Source: Lama guanicoe (lineage: Eukaryota). From it: a DNA stretch of 64,000 nucleotides. The DNA lies in contig MU053994.1 of the NCBI GenBank assembly GCA_013239625.1, positions 1,305,775-1,369,774 of the forward strand, written 5' to 3'. Shown here in pieces: positions 49,282-61,340 of this stretch (positions are counted from its first letter, which is position 1; each line of letters starts with the position of its first letter). The notes beneath the pieces were generated by a model. The model was given only the letters and a program-made list of their open reading frames with translations, had not been told where the DNA came from and did no database searches. The position numbers and the translations under genes are program-made.

Positions 49282-49850
49282 TGTATCAGTTAGGATGTTT
49301 TGATTGCAAGTATCCAAAAGCAAACCAAACCAAACAAACCAAAAAACTGGCTTAAACCAAAATGAGAATTTATTGGTTTGTGCCACAGGAAAATTCACCT
49401 TCAGTTGCAGTTTAATTCAGCTGCCCTATCTGGGTGAGCTCCATTCTGAGGCTTCCTGTGCTCTCTGGCTTTGAATGTTGGGGTTGGGTTGCCCCCCACC
49501 CCGTATAACTCAACTCAACTCAGGAGCTGCCAAGCTTAAATAATCTCAGAACTCCTGCTAAGAAGAGAAAGAGACTCTTTTTCCCTGAAGCTCCAGTAAA
49601 AAATTGAGACATGAATCTTCTGGATCCTGATTGGCCTGGCTTGTATCATGTATCCAGCTCTAGCCAATCACGGTGGTCTGAAGACTGAAGTCTCTAATTG
49701 GTTTAGAAGACGCCACATGTCCCACTCATGAAGTCCAGAGGTGGAGATGAATTTCTTGAACCTTGTAGGCCGAGAGCAGCAGAGGGGTGGTTTTTACTAC
49801 AAATGAAGGATCCACTGATGCAGGACTGCAAAAATAACAAGCATCCATCC
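49282..49850 (-). mobile_element. MaLR LTR (MLT1K-like), flanked by L2-like sequence
   Basis: tgtatcagttaggatgttttgattgcaagta...ctgattggcctggcttg...gccaatcacggtgg. Confidence 0.8.
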
Positions 49851-50636
49851 CTGTGCTGTGAGCTCCTCAGGGCATAGTGCTATCTGGCATACAGTAGGTG
49901 CTTAATAAATGCTGACTGGGTTCACAAATGAGGAAGAGAATGAACACAGCCTGGCTCTTCCTCCTTTTCTCTGCTCCACTCTCATCCATTGCCCACCCGT
50001 GGCCAGTGGAAGCCATCACCCTTCTGGGGATTGGGAGTTCAACAGTTGACATCTTCCTACACTCTTCTCCCTCCTCCAGTTCTAACCAGTATAATTTTGA
50101 TAGGTCATGATTCAACTGCTTTTGTTCAGAAGCCACAGAAAGAAATTATATCTTGCTAATATTCTTGAAGGATTTTTCACAATATGACTAGGTTATTGCT
50201 AATCTAATAAGACACCATACTAATGGTGATATTAATAATATTATGTGATTTTTCCCAATGATCACATTGCTCACTGAATGAAAAATTTTGAATGCTTTCT
50301 TTCTGAAAAGTTTTGGATGACCAAGATATAGACAGAATTAGTTGTGTTACTCTGTAGCCATCATATAGCACATTTATAAAAAAAAGCAAATTAAAAAAAA
50401 AACTACCACTATTGTGGTAGTGAAATTATGGATGTTTTATTTTCTTTATTATGTTCACCTGTATTTTTCCTTTCTCTACAGTGAACATTCCTCAATTTGT
50501 ACTTTGGCTACTTTTTTTTGAGAGGAGGAACTTTACTGGAGATTCCGTTTTCCTTGGGGCAGAGTCCCTCCAGACTGAGGAGGTGGATTTGATTCAGGGG
50601 TTCTTTGGTGAGGCTCGGAAGCACCATCCCCAGGCC

Positions 50637-51208
50637 CAGGCCTATCCCTAATGATGGGCAAAACTCAGAGCACAAATATAGATGAAGGCCTGCATACCAT
50701 TTGTCTAACTAGTTACAAGGTATAATTGAGCTTATAAATTGTTAAGTAAAATATGTCCATCTTCCTACCTTGACAAATGTATCTTGGTCTGGAAACTTAG
50801 CTTTGAGTTTGAAATCCTTGGACTCCTCCAAGTTGTGCACGGAAACATGGTGGTGTTGGAGGGTGGACCTCTTGTCCTTGTCCCACTGTCCTTCTCTTCC
50901 CACCCCTGGCTCCAGCCCACATTACAAGAGGTCCCACAAGCCTCCATGTCCAAGCTTCATCACCCCACTTTGGAAACAGTCACTCCATGGCCACTTCTTG
51001 GGACTAGGGGTACACATCAGCTATGTGGTCCACACTCTGGGGAAGCCCTGGGGAAGAGGCCTGTGCAGGCCCTAGATACATTTTCTTGCCCTTCTGAACT
51101 CCTCCCCCTCTGAGGAAGGGTATAACCAGTGGAAGGCCAGAGTGGAAATCTTCTAAAGCACAGGGCCCAGGGCAGGGGATTTCTCACCTGGGGCCAGGAG
51201 AGAAACTG
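50637..51208 (-). mobile_element. MER115 (hAT-Tip100)
   Basis: cctaccttgacaaatgtat...ttggactcctc...tctaaagcacagggcccagggcagggg. Confidence 0.82.
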
Positions 51209-51534
51209 CCCATGATTGAGGATGCTAGGTCACAGGTAAGATGGAGTGGCCCCTGTTATTATGACTGCTGCTCCAGGGATACCTCCATTCACCCCCCTGC
51301 CACACACACATGCACACACACTTGCGCACTGCCATGGTCTGGGTCTTAGAAATGATCTCTGTAGTAAAAAGGAACCTGTCCTCAGATGAGGCCATCATTG
51401 AATGTGAAAGCTGCTGTCAGGAAGCCACATAAATCTGGGTGCTCTCTGGTCCTGGGCCCCTAGATCCTTAAGGGCCTTGCTAAGGGACCAGGCCCCAGTG
51501 GCCAAGATAAGCATCAGCTGACCCTTTAAAATTG

Positions 51535-52000
51535 TTTTAACAGATGTTGTTGCTACCTACCCATATTCCTTCAACACTTATTGCAGTCCTTGTCAACAAC
51601 ATCATTTTGTGAACACCTAAAACTCTCTACCTGGTGGAATTGCTTCACTGGAGCATGGGCAGGTCAGAAGTGCTAAGGGGGTGATGCTTCCAGAAGTGAG
51701 GCTCAGCCAATGATGGAGTTGGAGGGTGAATACCTAGCTTCCTCATTCTTACAGTGGACTTATTCTGAGCATGAACTCTATACCCCCTCTCAGAGGTGTC
51801 TGGCAGGGTTGAGTCTCAGTTGTCTACAACAGTAGGCTGATCATTCACACAGTCTGTCAGTTTCCTTCCCTTCCCTGTCACACTTTTCTACTCCTCTACC
51901 AGTATTTCCTGGGATATTTTCCTTGGATATTTCCCTAATGAACTCCTTGTGCATAAATCCTTCTCTTAGGGTCTGCTTCTGGGGTACCCAATATGAGACA
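51535..52000 (+). mobile_element. LTR16C-like ERVL solo LTR
   Basis: tcagccaatga...aatacctagcttcctc...ttcccttccctgtc...agggtctgcttctggggtaccca...agaca. Confidence 0.85.
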
Positions 52001-52029
52001 GTTGTCTCTCTGGTTCCACTGATTTTGAT

Positions 52030-52455
52030 TGTTTATGGCATGTCAGGCACTGTTCTCTGCATTTAACTGTGATCATCTCAATTTTACAGATGAGGAAACC
52101 AAGGCTCATTGAAATCATATAACCTCCCTGAACTCTCACAAGTAGAAAGCAGCAGAGACAGGATGTGAACAACATGGTCAGACTCCAGAACCCAAACGAT
52201 TGGTCATTGAGCTCTAATTGCATTGTATGTGGCCAAAATGCCCAGGCTTAGTTTGGGCTTGGATTTAAACAGAAGAGCAGTACAGGTTTTTAGGAACCAG
52301 GTTGGAAACCCCAGTCTACCATTTTCTAGTTGTCTGACCCTCCATGCTCTTCCTTATCCACTAACAACAATAATAGTAACTACCTTCCAGAGTTGTGGCG
52401 GGAATTAAATAACGTGATACATTCACAGTGCCTTGCACTGTGCCATGCATGTTGG
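52030..52455. mobile_element. two MIRs (- 52030-52225, + 52265-52455)
   Basis: attttacagatgaggaaaccaaggctc; then taatagtaactaccttccagagttgtggcgggaattaaat. Confidence 0.75.
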
Positions 52456-53579
52456 ACGTGCCCTGATCCTGTGTTAGTCGGCTTCCGCATTCCCTCCTCG
52501 TCCCCATCAGGTCCCTTCCCTGGGCTGTCAGGAGGACGGGTAATGGCGGAGGAGACACAGCCTCAAAAGCCTGTTGTTTCCAGCAAGGATCTGGCTAATT
52601 TATTTCAAAAGGTTTTGCTTCTATGAAGTTTAATAGAGTTGATGAGTATTAAAGGAATCATTTAATCTTCATTTGAATGTGAGCAGTAAATGTGTTTTGG
52701 AGATTATATTCATTCCCCAGTGGCTCCGAGTACTTTCCCATTCCAAAGCTGATTTTCATCCGTCAGAGTAAAAGGGTTTTCAGGTCTGTAGAGTTGTCTG
52801 AATGAAAAGCAGGAGTTCCAAACAGAGGATGCTGCTTAGCCTCATCTCAAGCGGGGTGGTAGAGTTTCCTTCTGGGTGGGGGAACACATGTGGCCCCAGC
52901 CTGACCCATCTCTTCCCATCCTAAGCTGCTCCCCAACATGTATGAGGCTTTGAGTCTTCTGTAAAGCAGGCGTCAGAAGCGCAGGACTTAAAGACAGGTC
53001 TTTCTCTCCTTTGCAGCCTGCCGCCTCTTCCACTTTACTGCACCTAATGGAAGGTCGACCGCATCCGCTAAAGGTGAAGCAGCTAAGATCTGTCTGGGGA
53101 GGCATTTCGCGAAATGAATTTTAATAGCTTGGAATCAGGTTAAGCTCGTGTGGAAGGAAAGAAAGGAAGCCTTACTTGTTATCAAATGTGTAATACGACA
53201 TTTTTACGTCCTGCAAGCACTCGAGATGTGCATGTTGCTTCGAGGGTAGGAGGAATTTGTGCTCCCTGCCAGGAGCAATTCAGTCTCTAGCTGAGTCCAG
53301 TAGCATTTGAGGAAGGGCTTGGAGTTTAGGGTTTCTCCTCTGGGCTAGCAAAACATCCCCAAATCAGGGCAGAATACTAGGGTAGTTATACAGTACTTAT
53401 GTGTTGAGTCCAGTGGTGGGGTGTAAGGGGCCATTGATCAAGGGGGAAGGTGGCCAAGGGTTTCCAAGGGTGTTTAGTGGGCCTCATGCCTTCCCACACT
53501 GGGTCTCTCCTCCTCCCAGGCACCCTCTGAAGTGTGCCTCAGGCACATGCTGTGCCCTGTTTTTTCAAATGGCAGCACA

Positions 53580-53900
53580 TAGTTGGAGAGATTAAGAAAC
53601 TGACCAAATTCCATTTCCAGTTGGGATTTGAACCCAAACCTTTCTGTGATCAAATGTGTGCTCTTTCTTAGACATCATGCCAACCTATTGACCGGGAGTG
53701 GGAAGACCTGAATTCAAGGTTAGCTCCAGCACTTATGTGGCCTTGACTAAGTCACTTGCTCTGTTGGACACCCAGTTCCATCTGTAAAATGGGAATGATA
53801 ATGCTGATTTATAGACATGATAAGATTGTCGTACACAGCAAATACACGTGAAAGTGCTTTAAAGGCAGTTAAATACTCTTCAAATATAGTGCATTGTCAT
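53580..53900. mobile_element. MIR fragments (- then +)
   Basis: gggatttgaaccca; cagttccatctgtaaaatgggaatgataat. Confidence 0.75.
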
Positions 53901-55691
53901 TTATTGATGGTGGCGAGAATGGTGACGACAACAATGGTAGTCCCTGGATCACTAGAGACACCCAAAAGGAGAATACTGTAAGTAGGAACACTCAGTAGCA
54001 TGCGGCTGTTTGTAGAGAAGGCCATGGGATGTGGTTTCTGGAAGGCTGCTGGTAATCAAGTAGAAAGATGAAGCCAGATGCCAGGGAATCAGAAGCAGTG
54101 CAGGGTAGGAGGAAATGCACCTATGGTCGAGTATTCTGGTGGTGAACTCAGACTGAGAAGCAAGAACTAGGGCACGCATTGCAGGGTCAGCTGGGTCGGA
54201 GGCCAGCAAGGCAGCAAAGGAAGGGGCAAGGGAGCAGTCGGATGGGACGTGGGCCCTGAGCAGCAGTGAGAGCTGACTGTCTTTGTTAGTGTCAGTTTCA
54301 AGTCATATTTTTGAACAGCAAGCAAGCAGCCTTATGCCAAAACCATCTGGGCCGGCTCTGGGACAAGCCCCCAGCTGCAAGAGTACATAGAGGCGGAGTC
54401 TTACAATATTTATGGATTTCAGATGCATGCCCTCTGGAGTTCCAGGAGGCGAAAGCACATTCCAGATGCGTAAAGGCTGAGTATCCATGTGTGAAATACC
54501 GCGGGAAGCTCTGCTTAAGATGGTCAGTTGGTCCCAACTGAGGCTGGATGGCTGCAGATGGAGATGAGGAGTCCAGACCTCAGGCCAAGCAGGCTTCAGG
54601 ACAGGCAGGCTCTGGGGTGAGTCCTCTTGTTGCTCTTGGCAGAAATACTACAGGGAGACCCTTACTCCAGGGCTTTATTTAATGTGGCCACAGGGAGCAT
54701 AAGGAGAGCCGTCTGTTGGCACTTTCTCCCCTGTTAAAAGCTGAACTCCTTAGGGTGACAGAAATAGGTTACCTTTGTTTCCGAAGGTGCTAGAACTAAA
54801 TCCAAGCACTTTGCCGGGGCTCGTCACACAAAAGGCGGCTTGTTCTCAGTGGCTGGGGCGGCTGCAGCGCCTTTGGCCCTGGCCCTTGGTCTCAAGTCTT
54901 TTGGCAGAGACATTTTACAAAGGAGTGACTGTAAGAAAATATAAAAGAGCACAGTCTGCTGAAGGTGAAGGGGTAAAGAACAGGAACTTTTGTCTTTTGG
55001 GGGCCAGGAGGAACCATCTGGGGTTTCTCAGGTGTGGGTTTAAGCTGCCCATGACTCGGATAAGGTGTCCCCTTTCCAGATACATCATCTGTCGCCTTTC
55101 CACACCAACCCTTCAACAGCTACGAGTAGCAGGGACCCTGCAGAGGCTGTGAAGGGGACACCAGGAGAACAGAAATCAGGCATTTGGCGAGTTAAGACAA
55201 CTTTGGCTTCTGGTAGGTAACACAGAGATGAAAGTAAGGCACCAGGGGGCCGGTTCACCATGAGAGAGGTCCCCCTTCACCTCAGAAAAGGGGAAAACAG
55301 TTCAGACGGCACTTCTCAGTGAGGATGGAGGCATGGGAGGGTCCTGGCAAATGTGGAGACAGCCTTTTCACATAAACTTGAGAAGTTTGGAGCTCTCAAC
55401 AGCAAACCTCATATTAAATGAGGAGCGGAGGCCCCAAAGCAATAAGGGATACTTTGAAGCCTCAACACTGAAACTGTTTTCCTGCCACCATAGAACTAAA
55501 CAATGGTGACCTCAGTGGGCCCTTAAGAGTCATTGAGCTCAATGTCTGTGTCTGACCAACTTGGAGAGTGAGGAGCAGAGACCCCAGTTCTCAGTTTCTG
55601 GAATCCAGGCCATCTTTCCACTGCTCCCTTGTGCCTGCTCTACTTTGCAGGGTGTTTTGAGGATAAACATAGAAAATTAAACAAGCAGCCA

Positions 55692-55753
55692 TGATCTCAA
55701 TGTGTAATGACCTTACTAGCTGTGACTTCGATGTGTAACGACCTTATTAGTTG
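55692..55753 (+). repeat. diverged 31-bp tandem duplication
   Basis: tgatctcaatgtgtaatgaccttactagctg / tgacttcgatgtgtaacgaccttattagttg. Confidence 0.85.
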
Positions 55754-55954
55754 AATTCGTCCAATGGTGGTGACTTTGAGAAACTCTTTTGATGGTGTTC
55801 CACTGCTCAAGTCCACAGATCTGTGCACATTTCCCCCTCCCAAGGTCTGTTACTCGCCTCTAACGTATGGAATATGGAGCATCCTTCTAGTGAATTCCTC
55901 TCTCTGCCAGAGTTGATTTCTCTCGCTTCTAATCGAAGAGACCGAACTGATATT

Positions 55955-56625
55955 CCCATTCATGTTGCATGCGTTCATTCATTCATCTGGTAACCATTCA
56001 TTGAGCACCACCATCTGCCAGGCACAGATATAATCACAGATAAAGCATGGCCCCTGCCTTCAAGGACCTTCAGGTCTAATGGGGAAGAGATACAAGTAAG
56101 AAGAAAGGCCGCAGGGAGTTTGTGTGTGCCAGGGGAGGCACAGGAGTGGAAACAGCTGAGACTTGGTGGAGTCAGGGAAGGCTTCCAGAGGAGAGGAGGC
56201 TTGAGTTAAGATCTCATGGGCGGGCAGATGTGACTCAAGCAGAGAGGAGAAAAGATGTATCCCCGTGGACAGGCAAACTTCACGGGAAGGCCCGAAGGTG
56301 TGTGGTAGCAGGGCACATCTGAGGCACTGCTGGCAGGTTAGCTGGGATCTAGGACAGACATAGGAATGCTTCAGGAGAGGTTGGCAGGTAGGCGCCAGAC
56401 CAGGATGTCTGCTGGTGATTAACCAAAGAGACTGAAGATTGCCCCGGAAAAGTCACTGAAAAGATTTGTAACAGAGAATGCTTTGGTCATGCTTGTGTGT
56501 TAGAAACATCACTCCAGCCTCAACTGCACATTGATTTGGGAGAGGCTTTGGTGGAAGAAGGGAGACCAGTCATCCAAGAGGCAAGGATGCGGGTCTGAAC
56601 CAAGTTGCTTGTCATGGAAATTGGA
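55955..56625 (-). mobile_element. L2 fragment including 3' end
   Basis: ttcattcattc...cattgagcacc...cccctgccttcaagga...agtcagggaaggcttcc. Confidence 0.85.
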
Positions 56626-56934
56626 GTGCTAAATTTCAGACCAAGGAGAGAGCCATTTGCAAAGTTGACTATTTAGAATATACTCATCTAGATAGACAGA
56701 GGAAAACAAAGAAAAAGTCAGAAGATAGAGTCATGCTGGGCTCTTCTCTCTCACTTCCTATAGCTAATCTGATCATGTCTTTTTTTCTGGTGAAACTCTT
56801 TTCGTGACTGCCCTTAGCTTTCAGGAAAAAGTTCAAATTCTTAGGTTAATCAAATAAAACTTTTTCTAATCTGGTCCCTGATAATCTTTGTGTTAGCGGG
56901 ACGGGAGGCAAAGTTTGTTTGCTTGATTCCCCAT

Positions 56935-57560
56935 ATTGTGCTTTAAAAATGTATAAACCTGCAGAAAAGCTGAAAGAATAGTACATGAACACCTCTGTCT
57001 GCTTCCTCCAGATGCACCAGTTGTTAGCATTTTGCTGCATCTGCTTTATCTCTATCTCACTCTCACTTTCAATGTATGCACGTTCACACACCGAAACATT
57101 TTTTAACCGGACTATTTGTAAGTTGCAGACATCACGATATCTCACATCTAGATATATGAGAGCATATCTCCTGAGAGCAAGGACATTCTCCTCCAAAACC
57201 ACAATAATCAATAAATTTAACATCAATCTGATAATATTGTCTAATATACAATCCACGTTAACATTTCCCCTGCTGTCCCCAAATATGTGCTTAATAGCTT
57301 TTTTTTTTAAAAAAAAAAATCTAGATCTCAAGGATCATGAATTGCATGTGGTAATCATGCTTCTTTAGTCTCTTTTAATTTACAAGTGTCCCCTCTGCCT
57401 TTTTCTGTTTTTCTTTCTGATGTTCTAATTGTCCTGAATCTGGCCAGTGGGAGCCCCTTTCAGCCAATTATTGTGTCCTTTGGGCATATCCCGGGTGGCT
57501 TTTGAGCACATCTTTGCTTTCTGAGATAATATTATTTTCCAGCATCATCTGGCACTTTCC
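56935..57560 (-). mobile_element. L1MC4/5-like 3' fragment
   Basis: cagaaaagctgaaagaatagtacatgaacacc...gtaagttgcagacatca...aaggacattctc. Confidence 0.85.
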
Positions 57561-57660
57561 TGAAGCAGAGTTTTTTTGGGGAAAGATGATGAATTATTTT
57601 TGTACATGCTGTATTTGAATTTGGCATACCTCCATGATATCTAGTCTCTGGGTAGGCAAT

Positions 57661-57701
57661 TGTGCATGCATGCACGCACGCGCGCGCACACACACACACA
57701 C
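57661..57701 (+). repeat. 41-bp alternating purine-pyrimidine tract with (CG)4
   Basis: tgtgcatgcatgcacgcacgcgcgcgcacacacacacacac. Confidence 0.95.
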
Positions 57702-57866
57702 TCCTATATATACCTTTAGTTTTGTCTCCAGTGTGTTTGAATGATGGTCTTTTCTCTTGGCAGTTTTGGTAGCCCCTCCCACCTGTGCTGCAGCTCTGGA
57801 AGGGGAACGTGAATCGGTGGTGGAATGCTGACCATCCCTGCCATAGGGAGTAACTGGTTTGCCAGT

Positions 57867-58114
57867 CAGTACTCTCCAAGAATGATGCGAGCAAGATAAT
57901 CCATTGAGAGGGAAGAGAAATGATTAGAGCCTCTATTTAGATTTTTTAAAAATCTATTTTCACATTTTATTATATACAAGTTTTATAATACACAGAGTAA
58001 ATATGTACAATCATGCATGCATGTCACCCCTATAAATAAATAATTATACATACAGAGGGGTCTATTCCCAATTCTTAAAGTAATAGCATGAACAAAAACA
58101 TTTGGAGAACTTTG
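57867..58114 (+). mobile_element. MER102-like hAT-Charlie
   Basis: cagtactctccaa...gcaagataatccattg...tagagcctctattt...aaaacatttggagaactttg. Confidence 0.7.
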
Positions 58115-58129
58115 CTATAATTGTAGTTG

Positions 58130-58500
58130 AAGATGTGGGTTGAAAGAAGTCATCTGGAGGTTTTTATAGAAGAAGAGCAGAGGGTGTAGAATGGAAGCAC
58201 AGGGAAGCCTCAACGTTTAGAGCATAAGAAAAGGACTGGAGTAGACACCTAGAAAGGAGACTAAGAGAAAGCCAACCGAGAAGTGGGAGAAAAACCTGGG
58301 AGAGTGGTGTCACCAAAACACACAAAATGGCGGAAGTGGCAGTAGTCGCAGATACTGGAGAGAGGCCCAGGAAGACAGGTCAGAAATGTGTTCTTTTGAC
58401 TTGGCAACATGGAGGCCATCATACTGCCGATTGATTGCAGGGTAGAAGGTAAGGACAGCTCAAGAACTGTGTCTGTGAAGGGCAAGAGAGTGATCAGATA
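58130..58500 (-). mobile_element. L2 fragment
   Basis: aaaggagactaag...gagaaaaacctgggagagtggtgtcac...ttggcaacatggaggccat. Confidence 0.75.
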
Positions 58501-59204
58501 GATCCTGGAAGGGTATGTGGAATCTGTTAGGGTGATCATCATATTAGCTGCCGTAACAAATAGCCCCCAGCTGTGAAGTGGGGATGATGATAGAAAATGG
58601 TATGGACTTTTGAGAGACCTGTGAAATAGTCTAAAGGCTTTGAGAGAAAGGGGCTACAGAAGTCTGACTTGATGTGGCCGAAGGCAGAGAGCAGCACAAA
58701 CACACTTTGGGGCATGTTTTGACAGCACAGTACCAGGCACAGAGTATGTGCTCAAAACATAGTTGCTGGATAACAGTGACCTTTGACTCTGTTCCACCAT
58801 GGCTGGGCCCAGTCTGAGGTTTTCCAATGTTATGTCTTATATGGCTTGGACTGGCCTGGAGCAAACCTGGGATGGATTCTGTTCAGTCTTTAGCACAGCC
58901 TGTCTTTTATCTGGGGTCCTCTCCTGTCCTATTGAAGTGTCACCCCCATTCCAGGATACACAGCCCTGTTCTGTGCCCCACAATCCTGAGCAGAACCTTT
59001 CACACTGGACCTCTTCTTATATTTCCTCCCTCAGCATTGGCTATTCTAGGGTGCCTTGTTCTCTGCCAGATGATAATAAGGAAAGAATCTATGCTAATAG
59101 GTGTTTGCTAACATGCTCATGGGAAATGAGCTTTGGCTATGCCTCAGGTGAGAATTCAGCAAAGGGCCCAGGTGGACCAGTCAGAGGGGCTTTGGTTCTC
59201 ATGT

Positions 59205-59395
59205 GGACTCTGCCACTTCCTATATGGAAGGCCTGGAGCAGGTGCTTAAGTCTGCCAGGCCCAGTTCTCTCACTCATAAAATGAGGATGATGATGCTAAT
59301 AATATCTAGCCTGTGAGTAATGAGATTTCTTATGAGAAGTAAATGAAGTAATCCTCAAAAAGCTCTTAGCATGTCATAGTAGACATGTTAATAAA
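59205..59395 (+). mobile_element. MIR SINE
   Basis: ctctgccacttcc...cagttctctcactcataaaatgaggatgat. Confidence 0.7.
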
Positions 59396-60245
59396 TTCAT
59401 TCATCCACTAAATATGAATTGAGCATGTTTGGGGGCCAGGCATTGTTTTAGGTACTGGAGAAATGGCAGTGGAAGAAAAAGGACAAATATAATCCTTGCT
59501 CTCAGGGAGCTTGCATTCTAGTGAGGGAGAGGAAAAGTAAACAAATTGATAGAATGTCAGATAATAACAAGTTCTATGAAGGAAAAGAAAGGAGGGTGGG
59601 GCCCAGGGGATAGCAAGTGCAGGGAGTGTGAACTGGGAGAGGTGCTGGGAAGACCTCCCTGAGGGCCTGACTGTGAGTAGAGGCTTAAATGTAGTGAGGC
59701 TGTGAGCTCTATGCTAATGGCAGTGGGAACATTCCAGGCCTAGGGGATAGCAAGTGTGAGGGCCCTCAGGCAGGAGCACCCAGGAGAGCGCTGCCAAGAG
59801 CGCGCCTGTGTGTTGTCGAGGTGAAAAATTCAATCAGAGGGGTAAGCAGAGGCCAGATCTTTTGAGTCTTGTAAGCCACTGTAAGAACTTTTGATTTCAT
59901 TTTATTCTAAAGATGTGAGAAACCACTGGAGGGTGAGAACAGAGAAAGAAGACTTATTTTTTCAATGACCTTTTTGGTGGCTGTGCAGAGAGCGGATGGC
60001 AGGGTAGGCAAGAATGCAGCAACAGACCTATTAGGAGGTTCTCCCAGGGGTCAGGCAGGAGATGGTGGTGGCAAGGACCAGCGTGGGGAGAGTAGGCATT
60101 TCGAGAAGTGGTCAGGTTCAGGATAGGTTTTCACATTAGAGCTGACCGGATTTGCTGATCAGTTGAGAATAGAATGAAAGAGCAGAATGAAGGATAATGC
60201 CACAGCTTTTGGCCTGAAAGACTAGGTAAATGGTAGTATCATTTT
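59395..60245 (-). mobile_element. L2a fragment including 3' end
   Basis: ccaggcattgttttaggtactggag...ggagcttgcattctagtg...tagagctgaccggatttgctgat. Confidence 0.88.
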
Positions 60246-60483
60246 TAAAATGTATCAGGCACGTTAGGCATTGTCGGCAACAGCAGCAGCAGTCGCAGTA
60301 GCATCTTGACATTCATTCCTGTTTCATAACTACCCGGACATCGCCTTGAGAAGGTAAGGGTTCCCAGGTCATGATCAGGGTTAGCAGAAAAGTAAATGTT
60401 GACTGGTGAGCTCTTTCTGCCATGGACACAGGACCAGGGCTAGGTGGCTTATATACTAAATAGCTAACAACCTGGGTCTAGAC

Positions 60484-60678
60484 CAGTGGATCTTAAAGTG
60501 TGATGCATGGACCTGTGACCAGCGGCATCAGCATCACCTGGGAACTTGTTGGAAATGAAAATTCTTGGGTCCCACCCCTGACCCATTGAATCAGAAACTC
60601 TGGAACTGGGCCCAATGCTCTGTGTTTTAACCAGCCTTCCAGGTGATTTGGATGCATGCTCAGGTGTGCGAGGCACCG
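60484..60678 (+). mobile_element. MER5A (hAT-Charlie)
   Basis: accagcggcatcagcatcacctgggaacttgttggaaatg...gaatcagaaactctgg...tgtgttttaaccagccttccaggtgatt. Confidence 0.93.
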
Positions 60679-60922
60679 GCCTAAGGTGTGTCTTTGATCT
60701 CTTTGCCGTTGGGCACCAGGAGAAGGCTGCAGGAATGGATCATCATGCTGTGAGTCCCCAGGAGGTCTGTGTGCCAAGAGACCTCTGCTTGGGAAGGGAA
60801 AAGAAAGAAAAGGAGGTGAGGGGAGGACTTAGGATCTAAAAGGAGTATTGTTTAGGGGTATTGGGGAGTAAGCCACAGTCGAGCTAGAATCCTCTCCTTG
60901 GTAAACACAGTGTATTTATACT

Positions 60923-60948
60923 TGTGTGTGTGTGTGTGTGTGTGTGTG
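60923..60948 (+). repeat. (TG)13 microsatellite
   Basis: read directly. Confidence 0.95.
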
Positions 60949-61254
60949 TTTGTTTTCTTTTTTTGCTCTTAGGATTTTAGGAGATTTTATTTTTTTAATT
61001 CATAATCTTCTAGCAGTCTGCACAGTAAAAAGGAAGGGCCTTTTATCCCCACTAGGGACAGAGTTTTAAAGAGATCCCACCCCTAAGACTAGCTGCTAAA
61101 GTAACGGCAGCTGTGGGAGCTGGAGGACACTAAGGGGAAGGTAGAACCCAAGGAGGGGATCCCTCCCCTACCCAACAACCTATTTTAAAGATGTTCCTTC
61201 TAGACAGTTGAATGACCTCCAACCTTAGAGGGGTTAAGGCTTTATTTTTATAAA

Positions 61255-61340
61255 GAAGGCCTCTTCTCCTCCCTTCAAACAAAAAACAAACAAAAAAGAA
61301 GGCCTCTTCTCCTCCCTTCAAACAAAAAACAAACAAAAAA
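61255..61340 (+). repeat. perfect 43-bp tandem duplication
   Basis: 2 x gaaggcctcttctcctcccttcaaacaaaaaacaaacaaaaaa. Confidence 0.97.

Noticed and set aside
56846..57368. 161-aa and 127-aa ORFs
   Set aside because: Within an L1MC 3' UTR; chance open frames
58799..59284. 161-aa ORF
   Set aside because: No recognisable homology, ends inside a MIR, non-coding-like composition
55692..61340. CRISPR-like or prokaryotic repeat arrays
   Set aside because: The duplications have only two units and no spacers, and the context is mammalian
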